From contig NW_018408906.1 of the NCBI RefSeq assembly GCF_002113885.1, positions 656,890-720,889 on the forward strand: 64,000 nt of DNA, in the 5' to 3' direction. Under the pieces are notes generated by a model. It did no database searches. It saw nothing but the letters and a program-made list of their open reading frames with translations, and had not been told where the DNA came from. This stretch comes from Mizuhopecten yessoensis. Its lineage: Eukaryota. The position numbers and the translations under genes were made by a program. This document shows, piece by piece, positions 27,926 through 40,776 of the stretch; the first letter of the stretch is position 1, and the number at the start of each line of letters is the position of its first letter.

Positions 27926-28788
27926 TTACTTTATAAATATGGCCAACCAAAATTGTTCAAAGTCTTAACAGGCGTTTCCAACGATCAGGGGGTAGAGCGA
28001 GATCCAGCAGATTTCCCTGGCTTCTTTAAAACCTCGAAATCTATCAATCTCCTTTAAAAATGTATGTGTTGTGCACATTTTTAGACAACGCCCATTCTAT
28101 ACCCAACACACCAGTACGCTACTTTGCGGACGTGACTACACCCGCGTCATAATTGTATTATGTAGTTGGCGTTATTTTACAAGAGTATAATTAGAAAATA
28201 ACGTTGCTGTGATTGATTGATTGATTGATTAAATGATTATTGATTGATTGAGATGTTCAGTGCTCCGTTATGACGTCACAATACTTGAAGATGACGATGT
28301 CAGTTATTTAGTTTCCATCATATTTTCATACATTCTTCGTATTCTTCATCCTGTTATAAAAAAGGTCGATTTTGATTTCCTTTTTATAAGATTTGTGAAC
28401 TCGTCCAAAAGTTTAAATTTATTGATTTAACAAACAAAAAAAGTTTAAACGTCATATATATATACCATGAAATTCATTCTCAACAAAAAAAATTGTTTGT
28501 GCTCATGGAAACAAATTAGAGAATACTTATTAACACGCCCTTTTTAATTTGACGTGAAAATGACTGCAAGACATATCATTTAATTAGTCCGGTGCACATA
28601 GGAGACTTGCTAAACCCTCAACTAAATTAAAATGTAATGATGATGGTGCATTTTTGATTAAGTTGCAACATCATCTGCATGTATAGGACTTTAATCATTT
28701 TCACCTTTCCGAGGATTGAAATTGAATAAAGAAATAATTGAGTCAATATTTGAACTCTTGACGATAGTACTTTTCGTATTTTAATAGT

Positions 28789-28789
<1 letters not shown>

Positions 28790-28824
<35 letters not shown>

Positions 28825-28825
28825 N
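28790..28825. repeat. Poly-C tract (G-quadruplex potential on minus strand)
   Basis: ~36 C followed by an N. Confidence 0.9.
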
Positions 28826-30537
28826 CGTACATTTGCATATGTATGACCATCAAACTTTCGTATGTGTTGGAGAGAAATTAGAAATTCAAGAAATCGATTG
28901 AAATTGGTTAGCTCTCGTCAATCACAGAGGTCAAATCAAAAGGTCACGTTGACAGTGTAAATATCACTTATGCACCGCAGGGGAAAGCCGAACAGAGTGA
29001 CAAGTTTCTAAACGAAATATGAAGAAAAGAGAGAGAGACATTACCAGAAATGGCCGGAGAGCGAGATGAACATGTTATCGCAGGTGGTCCCTATACATAG
29101 AGACCATCGTTTGGTCGTGATTTATTGTAACGAGGCGCCACGCCCACTACTCGATACTCTGTAATCTCCCTAAAAGGCAAGACACCTGGGGAGGGTCGAG
29201 TCAGCCCCCCTCCCCCTTGTCAATAATCACGGGGGAGGGACCAGGGGTCAAAGCACAATATGTCACGAAAGGTTGCTAGGGCGCTGAGCGGTAGTGTACA
29301 CACGAACGAACTGCTCGGAGACTGGTCAGCGTAGAATTTCAATTTTTAACTTTCTCTCTCCTTCATTTTCCGCTTAAGAAGTAAAACTAAGAATACATTA
29401 CGTAGCTGATAATGGATTCAAATTGTGTCATTTATATACTCGAAGTATGAATTTTTGAAAAACAATATAAGATTCTTTTTAAGAAAGATGAAATATAATT
29501 CTCGATTTGCAAAACTAACAATGCTTCAATAACTGGGTCCCAGATGGGAAGTAAAAGTCCCGTCCTTGCGAACTAATAATTTTGCAGTTTAAATTAAGAT
29601 TTCGTTTAAAAGGAAAATTAGTTTCTTATTATTTTTTTCTTCATGTCTCGAATGAATGGACCTGTTTAAAAGGAATATTATCTTTATGATCTCCTATAGT
29701 TAATTAAATGTTGGGAGTAATTATTATTATTTTGCCAAACATCTAAAGAATACTAACTTTATCATCCGGAGATTACGTCCGGCTTTTGGACCTAATACTG
29801 GTTAGTTTACAGGTTGGATTTCGAGCCGATTAAGATACAAAATCATAGATTATATTTGTACCTAAACCCCTAAAACATGTTATAATACTCTACATTTTAG
29901 ATACAAAAATAGAGGTTACAACGTATCGGGTCCCTGCGATGAGGCATAGAGCGTTACCCAGCGTTTGAACCCAGATGTGTTGAACTAAGGGCATGTACAT
30001 GTGATGGCCATTACAATAGGGTCTGAAAGTTGTTATTAACATGTTGTAAGTCTTGAGGCCATCTTTGATGTCCCTGTCCCATTCAATATAAGATACCTGA
30101 AGAAGAAATGAAAATAAATGTTGAAAAGGGAATAGAAAGATACCTTTGAGAAATCGCCCACTATTCTAAAACAAAACATAAACAAATAAACAGAAAACAT
30201 AATAGGATGCACGCGCTTCCTTTTTTTTAAATAATCGGAGAAGTCTTAATATTTTCATCAGGAATAACCAACAAAATAACATTTGTTTATTATGTTTGAT
30301 TAATACTGCGTTTATTGCTGTATGGTATTCAGTTTTACATTCTATTCAGAACTCCCATAGCACGAACTCTGTGCATACATATGGAATAACAGCTGGTATA
30401 TTTTCACGATTTTTTCTTAAACAATAGGATAGATGGAAAATTATCAAAAACATGAAAATAATGGTTTGGTTTAAACAGCTTTAACATCCCATTTACAACT
30501 AGGGTAACAGATGGAAGTACCTCCATGTGTGTAATGT

Positions 30538-32530
30538 ATGCGTGCACGTATGTGTGTCATGTATGTGTGCCACGTAGGTGTGGCACGTATGTGTGGCACG
30601 TAGGTGTTGCACGTATGTGTGTCACGTAGGTGTGGCACGTAGGTGTGGCACGTATGTGTATCACGTAGGTGTGTCACGTAGGTGTGGCAGGTAGGTGTGT
30701 CACGTAGGTGTGTCACGTAGGTGTGGCACGTACGTGTGTCACGTAGGTGTGGCACGTAGGTGTGGCACGTAGGTGTGTCACGTAGGTGTGGCACGTAGGT
30801 GTGGCACGTAGGTGTGGCACGTAGGTGTGGCACGTAGGTGTGGCACGTAGGTGTGGCACGTATGTGTATCACGTATGTGTGGCACGTAGGTGTGTCACGT
30901 AGGTGTGGCACGTACGTGTGTCACGTAGGTGTGGCACGTATGTGTGTCACGTAGGTGTGGCACGTAGGTGTGTCACGTATGTGTGTCACGTAGGTGTGGC
31001 ACGTAGGTGTGTCACGTATGTGTGCCACGTAGGTGTGGCACGTAGGTGTGTCACGTAGGTGTGGCACGTACGTGTGTCACGTAGGTGTGGCACGTATGTG
31101 TGTCACGTAGGTGTGGCACGTAGGTGTGTCACGTATGTGTGTCACGTAGGTGTGGCACGTAGGTGTGTCACGTAGGTGTGGCACGTACGTGTGTCACGTA
31201 GGTGTGGCACGTATGTGTGTCACGTAGGTGTGGCACGTAGGTGTGTCACGTATGTGTGTCACGTAGGTGTGGCACGTAGGTGTGTCACGTAGGTGTGGCA
31301 CGTACGTGTGTCACGTAGGTGTGGCACGTATGTGTGTCACGTAGGTGTGGCACGTAGGTGTGTCACGTATGTGTGTCACGTAGGTGTGGCACGTAGGTGT
31401 GTCACGTAGGTGTGGCACGTACGTGTGTCACGTAGGTGTGGCACGTATGTGTGTCACGTAGGTGTGGCACGTAGGTGTGTCACGTATGTGTGTCACGTAG
31501 GTGTGGCACGTAGGTGTGTCACGTAGGTGTGGCACGTACGTGTGTCACGTAGGTGTGGCACGTATGTGTGTCACGTAGGTGTGGCACGTAGGTGTGTCAC
31601 GTATGTGTGTCACGTAGGTGTGGCACGTAGGTGTGTCACGTAGGTGTGGCACGTATGTGTGTCACGTAGGTGTGGCACGTAGGTGTGTCACGTAGGTGTG
31701 GCACGTACGTGTGTCACGTAGGTGTGGCACGTATGTGTGTCACGTAGGTGTGGCACGTAGGTGTGTCACGTATGTGTGTCACGTAGGTGTGGCACGTAGG
31801 TGTGTCACGTATGTGTGCCAGGTAGGTGTGGCACGTAGGTGTGTCACGTAGGTGTGGCACGTACGTGTGTCACGTAGGTGTGGCACGTATGTGTGTCACG
31901 TAGGTGTGGCACGTACGTGTGTCACGTAGGTGTGGCACGTATGTGTGTCACGTATGTGTGTCACGTAGGTGTGTCACGTATGTGTGTCACGTAGGTGTGG
32001 CACGTATGTGTGTCACGTAGGTGTGGCACGTACGTGTGTCACGTAGGTGTGGCACGTATGTGTGTCACGTATGTGTGTCACGTAGGTGTGTCACGTAGGT
32101 GTGTCACGTATGTGTGTCACGTAGGTGTGGCACGTATGTGTATCACGTATGTGTGTCACGTAGGTGTGTCACGTATGTGTGTCACGTAGGTGTGGCACGT
32201 ATGTGTATCACGTATGTGTGTCACGTAGGTGTGTCACGTACGTGTGTCACGTAGGTGTGGCACGTATGTGTATCACGTATGTGTGTCACGTAGGTGTGTC
32301 ACGTAGGTGTGTCACGTATGTGTGTCACGTAGGTGTGGCACGTATGTGTATCACGTATGTGTGTCACGTAGGTGTGTCACGTACGTGTGTCACGTAGGTG
32401 TGGCACGTATGTGTATCACGTATGTGTGTCACGTAGGTGTGTCACGTAGGTGTGGCACGTATGTGTGTCACGTAGGTGTGGCACGTATGTGTATCACGTA
32501 TGTGTGTCACGTAGGTGTGGCACGTATGTG
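30538..32530. repeat. 13-bp satellite, ~150 copies
   Basis: Unit CACGTA(G/T/C)GTGTG(G/T). Confidence 0.97.
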
Positions 32531-33539
32531 TACTAGTGGTAGTGTATGTTTGTGTATATAATGAAGAGACGATGCTAACAGTCGGTTATATTCTTGCGAA
32601 ATGTCTACCATAGCACAAACAAGCGATTTAAAGATATTTTGGCAATTTGGTTACTCGTGTTGACTTAAAAAAATTATCAAACCAATATAACAAGTTAACA
32701 GTTAATAGTTTTGCCCTAAGAAGCTATTTTAAAACTATTCAATATGGTTGATTTTTTTCCTCTCTTGCCTGATAAGGCTGCCATTCTCGCGTGAACACGT
32801 AATTTTAGATTTTATAATGATAAATTATTATTAATGAAACACAAGAATGATTTTCATAAATACCGCTTCATTATGATAAAACGATCGTAATAAAATGTTA
32901 CTACATGAATCGAAATGCTTATTTTCTCGAAGTCCATATACTATACGCCGCAAACGAAAACCTGGCCCAATCTCGTCTATGGCTCTCTATAGCATGAACA
33001 CACTTAACAAATCCCTTCCCTGTTGGTCGACTAAAAGGATATAAAGATCTGTCTTGTTCTAGTTCATGAGTGGCGGATAGCTCCATTACAGATCTACTCG
33101 TTACAGAATATTTGGTCAAATAGCCCATTGGTCAGTTTGAGTTCCAGCTAGTTAACGCCTAATTGCAGTCGTGGTCCATATATGCTTTAAATGCGAGGTG
33201 ATTGACACTGTATTTCGTTGACAAGATGCAATTTATCTCGACTGTGATGTTCGTTTCCGCGAATTCGGATATGGGCAATTTGAATCTCAGTCGTCAATGT
33301 CAATTTCAGGGCATCTTCTATTTTGATGGATGTGGGTTTTTTTCAGTTTCTCGGTTTTTGTTTAATTTGTTATTTTATTTATTTGATGTTTACATGTGTA
33401 ATCAAATCTTTGTTGAAAAATATCTAAACGGTGTTCAAACATCGCTAATTTAGATGAGGTTGTCACAATTTGAATGTGTATTTGTTTGCTTGTTTGTTAA
33501 TTTGTATATTTTGTTTGATTGCCTTTTTGTATGGTTGAA

Positions 33540-34130
33540 AGTTTTGGGATTTAACGTATTCACATAGCTTATTGTGATGAGTTGCATAACGATTCATCTT
33601 CAAAATTAGAAAGGTTCCACCCTCGATTATGTATCCCTTGGATTTTGATGACGATGGCGACTCTTGTTAGCGGGCTACGTTTGTAGTGTTACCCGACTTA
33701 AATGCCATACTATACCACATGCTACAACAACATGTTACCCTATAGAGCTGTCGGGTGACATCGTGGAAGGAAAGAATAAACAAGAGATGGATAAAAATGG
33801 GAAATGGAGAAGAACGCACTAGTTGGAATAGCTACCACAAATAAGTATGTTCCCTTGCGATAGCGCGGATCTGATGCTGACTTTGATATCAGAGTGCTAC
33901 CTCACTGAAATACCATGCTGAAGGCACCCAGCACAGTATTCCACCCGGTAACATACAAATGTAATACAGTCAACGGGTTAACCAGTTGTTAAGCAGGCAA
34001 TAACAACTCACATTTGAAAGGAATTTGGCATGTCCCGACCCGGGGACAGAACCTTCACCACTGAGGCAAATAGTGAGGTAATGTCAAGAAAAGCGCAAGG
34101 AAACAAAAATGACAATTAAGAAATAATGAG
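33540..34130 (-). mobile_element. Degenerate SINE with Meta-SINE-like domain
   Basis: AGTGCTACCTCACTGAAATACCATGCTGAAGGCACCCAGC...CCACCCGGTAACAT (33893-33955) matches my recollection of the reverse complement of the Meta core; TTTG-rich tail at left; boundaries approximate. Confidence 0.6.
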
Positions 34131-34325
34131 AGAAAATACACGAATAAAGATACCAAATGCTGCAACGCGTGCAGCGGATATACTTTGGCAGTTTTTGTAT
34201 CTCCAAGTAGAGTGCATAAAACAAAATTCCAAAATGAAAGAGGACACTTGACGTTGAAATAGAGTGGGTTGTATTAGGAGGCGTAATATTTTAAATGAAA
34301 TCACTAGTTCAGATTTCAAATTGAC

Positions 34326-34606
34326 GTTTCTACACACGGAAGTAACTCAGAGGTCAAGGTGGCTGTTTCTACACACAAAAGTAGTTCATAGGTCAAGTGA
34401 CTGTTTCTACACACGGAAGTAGGTCAGAGGTCAAGTGACTGTTTCTGCACACGGAAGGAGTTCAGAGGTCAAGTGTCTGTTCCTACACACGGAAGTAGTT
34501 CAGAGGTCAAGTGTCTGTTCCTACACACGGAAGTAGTTCAGAGGTCAAGTGTCTGTTCCTACACATGGAAGTAGTTCAGAGGTCAAGTGACTGTTTCTGC
34601 ACACGG
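34326..34606. repeat. 38-bp minisatellite, ~7.4 copies
   Basis: Unit GTTTCTACACACGGAAGTAGTTCAGAGGTCAAGTGACT. Confidence 0.95.
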
Positions 34607-37600
34607 GATGTTTTGATTTTAAATGGTTCAGACTATCCTTGACTGATATTGACCTAGTACGCAGAGCATGCTGGTATAAATTAGAGAAGTTTCGAAAAAT
34701 CCCCAAAATGTATGGATGATTCAGGCCTATAATAAGTCCCCTGTTAACTGGTGATTTATTGTAAAGTTTTCTTTTTAAAACAACGTTGAATATAATGTAA
34801 TAGCTAGCACAGTTTGATAGAATGAATAGAGATTGAATACATCACCCTTTATAGAGTATCCCTTTCGATATCTTCAAAACGTAGAAATCCACACTTGGGT
34901 AATTTTGATGTGTTTCTATAGTGTTTCCTAGAAAACGGTGCAAAAGAAAGTCCTAGATTATATAAGGCCCCACATTAGTCGCCTCCTACGATCATGAGGT
35001 AGGACACACCATGCTACTTATCAACTGTTCGAAGGTTCAGAGGGCTGGTACCGAGGCACAAATCTCAGGAGGTTTCATGGATAAATGAACGAAAAAAAAC
35101 CAACCATAGACAACATACGTCATCATGTTTTTTACTCAAAAGAAATTCCTTTACAAGACATTTACCTATAAATTATAACTTGACGTGTGTCAATTTCAAA
35201 TTGTATTCGTATAACTTTTTTTTGTGACAAATTGATTTTTTTTTTATTTGTATTTATTTTACAATTTTATAATTATGACATGTACACAAGTCCATAGGCA
35301 TTTGCTACACGAAGTATTTAACCCCGACTATCAAAAATAACAAAGTAAACATCGTCGGTAAATAAAATCCGGGCTTGTCTCCTTTACTATTTACCCAATC
35401 GCCGTAAAATGTAACAGAAATTGTCATTGAAAATCATTAAACTGTAAAATTATTCAATTAGTCTAATCATATACCCAAGCCGGTAATTTGACAGCTCTTT
35501 GACGTATGGGGTGGTCAGCGGACCTTATTAGTCGCTGGTCTATCCATAGCAGAAATAATATCGGGACATGTTTAACCTTCGTCAATGAATAATCGTAGCA
35601 GAGGTCCCCGATCTTTATTAAAGCGTTTTTAATTTGACTTGACAGTTAAATTAATCCTACCTGGTAATTAAAATTAATTGAATACATCATATTCATAGTT
35701 AATTGAATATTACATACGCTACAAGTTAATGAATATTAATTTTCTCCTGTGAGTTTGATAGGGTTGATTTTGTTAACCTTCCCACGGTAAGATTAATTAT
35801 CAATAAAGCACTTTAAGGGGGGTAATTTTTAATAGTTTTCTTGACACACCACAGAGGAAATACACAATTTTCGGCGTTAGTACAATAGTAAAAATAAAAA
35901 CATGATTTAGGCGAATTGTCCAAAGTTAATCAATGTATGGAAAGGCATTATATGTATTCGACCTTTGTATTGTTTGGAGTTGAAGATTTAATACTGATAA
36001 TATTACAAAGACAATCGGAGACTTCGAATGCATTCTTAATTTGCGAAGCACCGAATGACCCTCTCGAGTAACAATGTACATGTACTAAGTAGCGAGATTG
36101 TTATTCTTGATTTTTTTTTATATTTTAATGTGCATTCGGATGTTTTCATGAAATTTATCTTTAGACATTTCAATTCCTCCCCCCNAACCGATTACAACCA
36201 GACTATGGTCGGAATGGACAGGTTTTCAGTACCTCATACAATTTTCGAATTATGCAAAATTTGGTTTAAACAAATTCATTCATAAAAAAAACATGTTAGC
36301 TTAACTATGTCAAGTAAGTAATGAATATTCTGAAAAAAAATCAACTCTGTAAAATGTTCTGATTAATTTCAACCTTGCACATGTCGGTTCTGATTGATGT
36401 TTGTTTTTACCGGTGTTCAACGTCCTCGCGGAAGCCTGCAGAGTCAAACACAGACCAAGTTGTTACTCGGCCATGCTTTCTAATTCTATATATTAAATTT
36501 GTATTTGCGCGAGAAAATTTCTCTGAATAAATATCATTCCATTTTTTCGTTTTAAACACTTTTTGTTATTGATTTCAACAAACTACAGGATAACACGAAA
36601 ACGAACCGTAACATCAGCTTTTTTTTTATTTATTTTTAAATACAGCAGTATTAAAAAAAAAAAAACAAGCTTGAAAGAATGCAATATGTAAACTGCATAA
36701 TTGTCGTACGCCTTGGGTCACTTCAGCTGAACTTATTCATAGAAAGGTAGATCAGACATTGTCAAATTTCACCAAAGGTGATAAATATATCACCGGGTTC
36801 CGTTTCGGCAATTGTAATTGTGCTTTGTATTTTGACGTCTGTTATCACATAATGGACAGATTCTAAATAGATGTCAACTTTGAGAGACGTCGGTAGCTAA
36901 CGAGCGCACGTCGAGGCATAACCAGTGCCATTAAATTATACCGATTATCTCAAGATTTTCTTTGTCAGAGTGTTGACACAGAAGATAGTTCTATCAATAT
37001 CACATCGTCAACTTTGACAAATTTTAATTACATGACAGTAGCGAATTGTCAACAGGAAAGACGTGTACAGAAAAATACCAGTAACGCTCATACACCAGAT
37101 GGGTTAGATTTCTGCAATCAAAATGACTTATTGGACATTTCAGACCAAAGTGGAACGATTTCAATTGCTCATGTGACATATTTAGCATAAAGAGAGGAAA
37201 TATATTCTGAGTCGTCAACTATCCCATTTCATGGTGACACGCTGTTGTCAATTTCCCTTGCAGCGCGCGCGCCGGAAGTCAGTCCATCGTCTAGGCTATA
37301 AACCAGACTTGTTAACTTGTGGTCACTGCTAATTATCTGTCCTTAAATTCTGTAAACCTTTCCTAAATCAATTAGAACTGAGTAACAAGATAGTGCTTGA
37401 AGCTCGAAAGCATATAATTTTCGTATTATATTGCCGTATGAATGTTTCTTAATTTTCCATTGTTTTCCTATCTTCAATTTCCTATAGCGACTTGCGAGAC
37501 ATGCCCCGCCCATCGCATTGATATAAATTAATCCGATGAGACGACCCCCTTTATGTATGACAATCGTTCTCTAGACCGGATATTGATTAAAATGGGATGA

Positions 37601-38383
37601 AACTAACTAATTGCTGGGTCGAAACCGGAAACGTAACAAACTGTCCAAAGATTTAAAACATTAAAATTATAACAATTATTCACAAAATGACAAATATAGA
37701 CAAAACACTGTTTTCTTTCCAATTTCCTTTCAGAACCAGTCTGCTTAGTAAAAATAACGAAATAATAAGCGAGGTCGTAAAGCAATCAAAACAGAAATTG
37801 GCTTTAATCAGTTAATCTGAGTAGGATCATAGAAATAGATTCACCGGTTTGAGTAAAGAATTAAAAGAAATGGAAATGTGGATGTCAGATAATTACTGAT
37901 GATGCCATTTACAGGCTGTTTGAGATGACGTGACACGTCAGCATGATGTTGTTTTAGGCTCGAGTTTAGCGGAGTCACAACACCCATTAAAACCAAGAAT
38001 TGCAATTTCATCGTCTATCTGCCGTCACTTAAAGTATTACGCCGAGCTTGTTATTTAATGAATCAGTGTAGCAGTGTTTTCGTATTTATTCGTATTTTGA
38101 CGGTACTTTTTACCTCTCTCATTTACCTTAATGTATTTTGTAATTTATCTTGTCTTCCGTTTCCCTTTTATCTATTTGTTTTTCGTTCTTTTTTTCTGTA
38201 TTGCGATACAATACTTTTCTTACATTTTTATAGCTTTTTGTCAAATATCTAATCAAGCACCACTCGGACGTTTTCGGTAAGCAACCGTGCTTACCGAAAC
38301 ATCCCGAGTTTTCTAGGATATCGTGTTGTATATTAGTCCGAATTATTCTGACGTTTTATCGACTTTTTTCATATCGGTCTGTC

Positions 38384-40237
38384 AGTCTGGACACTTTGAT
38401 TTGTGTGCACAGTGGAACTTTGTTAGTCTGGACACTTTGGTTTGTGCGTTCAGTGGTACCTTGTTAGTCTGGGCACTTTGGTTTGTGTGTACAGTGGAAC
38501 CTTGTTAGTCTGGACACTTTGATTTACCTGTTCAGTGGAACCTTGTTAGTCTGGACACTTTGGTTTATGTGAACAGTGGAACTTTGTTAGTCTGGACACT
38601 TATGTTTGTGTGTACAGTGGGACCTTGTTAGTCTGGACACTTTGGTTTGTTTGTACAGTGGAACCTTGTTAGTCTGGTCACTTTGGTTTGTGTGTACAGT
38701 GGAACCTTGTTAGTCTGGACACGTTGGTTTGTGTGTACAGTGGAACCTTGTAAGTCTGGGCACTTAGGTTTGGGTGTACAGTGGAACCTTGTTAGTCTGG
38801 ACACGTTGGTTTGTGTGTACAGTGGAACCTTGCTAGTCTTGACACTTTGATTTGTTTGTACAGTGGAACCTTGCTAGTCTGGACACTTTGGTTTGTGTGA
38901 ACAGTGGAACTTTGTTAGTCTGGACACTTATGTTTGTGTGTACAGTGGCACCTTGTTAGTCTGGACACTTTGGTTTGTTTGTACAGTGGAACCTTGTTAG
39001 TCTGGACACGTTGGTTTGTGTGTACAGTGAAACCTTGTAAGTCTGGGCACTTAGGTTTGTGTGTACAGTGGCACCTTGTTAGTCTGGACACTTTGGTTTG
39101 TTTGTACAGTGGAACCTTGTTAGTCTGGGCACTTTGGTTTGTGTGTACAGTGGAACCTTGTTAGTCTGGACACGTTGGTTTGTGTGTACAGTGGAACCTT
39201 GAGAGTCTAGACACTTTGGTTTGTTTGTACAGGGGAACCTTTTTAGTCTGGACACTTTGGTTTGTGAGTACAGTGGAACCTTGCTAGTCTGGACACTTTG
39301 GTTTGTGTGTACAGTGGAACCTTGCTAGTCTGGACACTTTGATTTGTTTGTACAGTGGAACCTTGCTAGTCTGGACACTTTGGTTTGTTTGTACAGTGGA
39401 ACGTTGTTAGTCTGGACACTTTGGTTTGAATGTACAGTGGAACCTTGCTAGTCTGGACACTTTGATTTGTTTGTACAGTGGAGCCTTGCTAGTCTGGACA
39501 CTTTGGTTTGTGTGTACAGTGGAACCTTGCTAGTCTGGACACTTTGATTTGTTTGTACAGTGGAGCCTTGCTAGTCTGGACACTTTGGTTTGTTTGTACA
39601 GTAGAACGTTGTTAGTCTGACCACTTTGGTTTGTGTGTACAGTGGAACGTTGTTAGTCTGGACACTTCGGTTTGTTTGTACAGTGGAACGTTGTTAGTCT
39701 GGACACGTTGGTTTGTGTGTACAGTTGAACCTTGCTAGTCTGGATATTTTGGTTTGTTTGTAGAGTGGAACCTTGCTTGTCTGGACACTTTGGTTTGTGT
39801 GCACAGTGGGACCTTGTTAGTCTGGACACGTTGGTTTGTGTGTACAGTGGAACCTTGAGAGTCTGGACACTTTGGTTTGTGTGTACAGTGGAACCTTTTT
39901 AGTCTGGACACTGGTTTGTGTGTACAGTGGAACGTTGTTAGTCTGGACACGTTGGTTTGTGTGTACAGTGGAACCTTGAGAGTCTAGACACTTTGGTTTG
40001 TTTGTACAGGGGAACCTTTTTAGTCTGGACACTTTGGTTTGTTTGTACAGTAGAGCCTTGTAAGTCTGAGTACTTTGGTTTGTGAGTACAGTGGAACCTT
40101 GTTAGTCTGGACACTTTGGTTTGTGAGTACAGTGGAACCTTGCTTGTCTGGACACTTTGGTTTGTTTGTACAGCGGAACCTTGTTAGTCTGGACACTTTG
40201 CTTTGTTTGTACAGTGGAACCTTGGTAGTCTGGACAT
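38384..40237. repeat. 41-bp satellite, ~45 copies
   Basis: Unit GTACAGTGGAACCTTGTTAGTCTGGACACTTTGGTTTGTGT. Confidence 0.97.
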
Positions 40238-40776
40238 AACGGATTTGGTGCTCAATCCTAATATTTTTTTATAGACCGAAATATGTCCTCTTATTTTCCA
40301 TGCACAGATGGACTTTTTCTACTTGATCTTTGCCAATTTCGACAACGACCATTTAATCCCTTGAGGGAACAACGTTTCACAACAAGGTTGATTTTGTCGG
40401 CCATTTTCGCAAGAAGGTCGGTTTGCCACGTGACTAAACGTGATGCCAACAATAAAGTCATTCGCAACAAATACTCTTGGTTATTTTGCTCCATATATAC
40501 AGTATCACAAGGGGCAAGGAAACTGATGTTGGTTAGCGAGGGGGCAAACGAAACGAGTTACCCACCACACCCAGACATGGCTCGGGGGTTTGGTGGGTGG
40601 GTGAATTTTGAGCCTGTACCATAAAATGTCCTATTTCGGAAAACGTCTTCAGTTGTTTTTATGGATTTTTCACATACTTCGCAAGACAACAACTAACTTG
40701 CGTGATGTACTTTATAAATTTCACCAGTAATTTAAGGTTCCCTGTCCTACTGTAGTGTTTTTTCCTATCACGATAC

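Noticed and set aside
30471-32561. His/Cys/Thr-rich repetitive ORFs
   Set aside because: Translations of the 13-bp satellite
38323-40032. Repetitive ORFs (VCVYSGTLLV...)
   Set aside because: Translations of the 41-bp satellite
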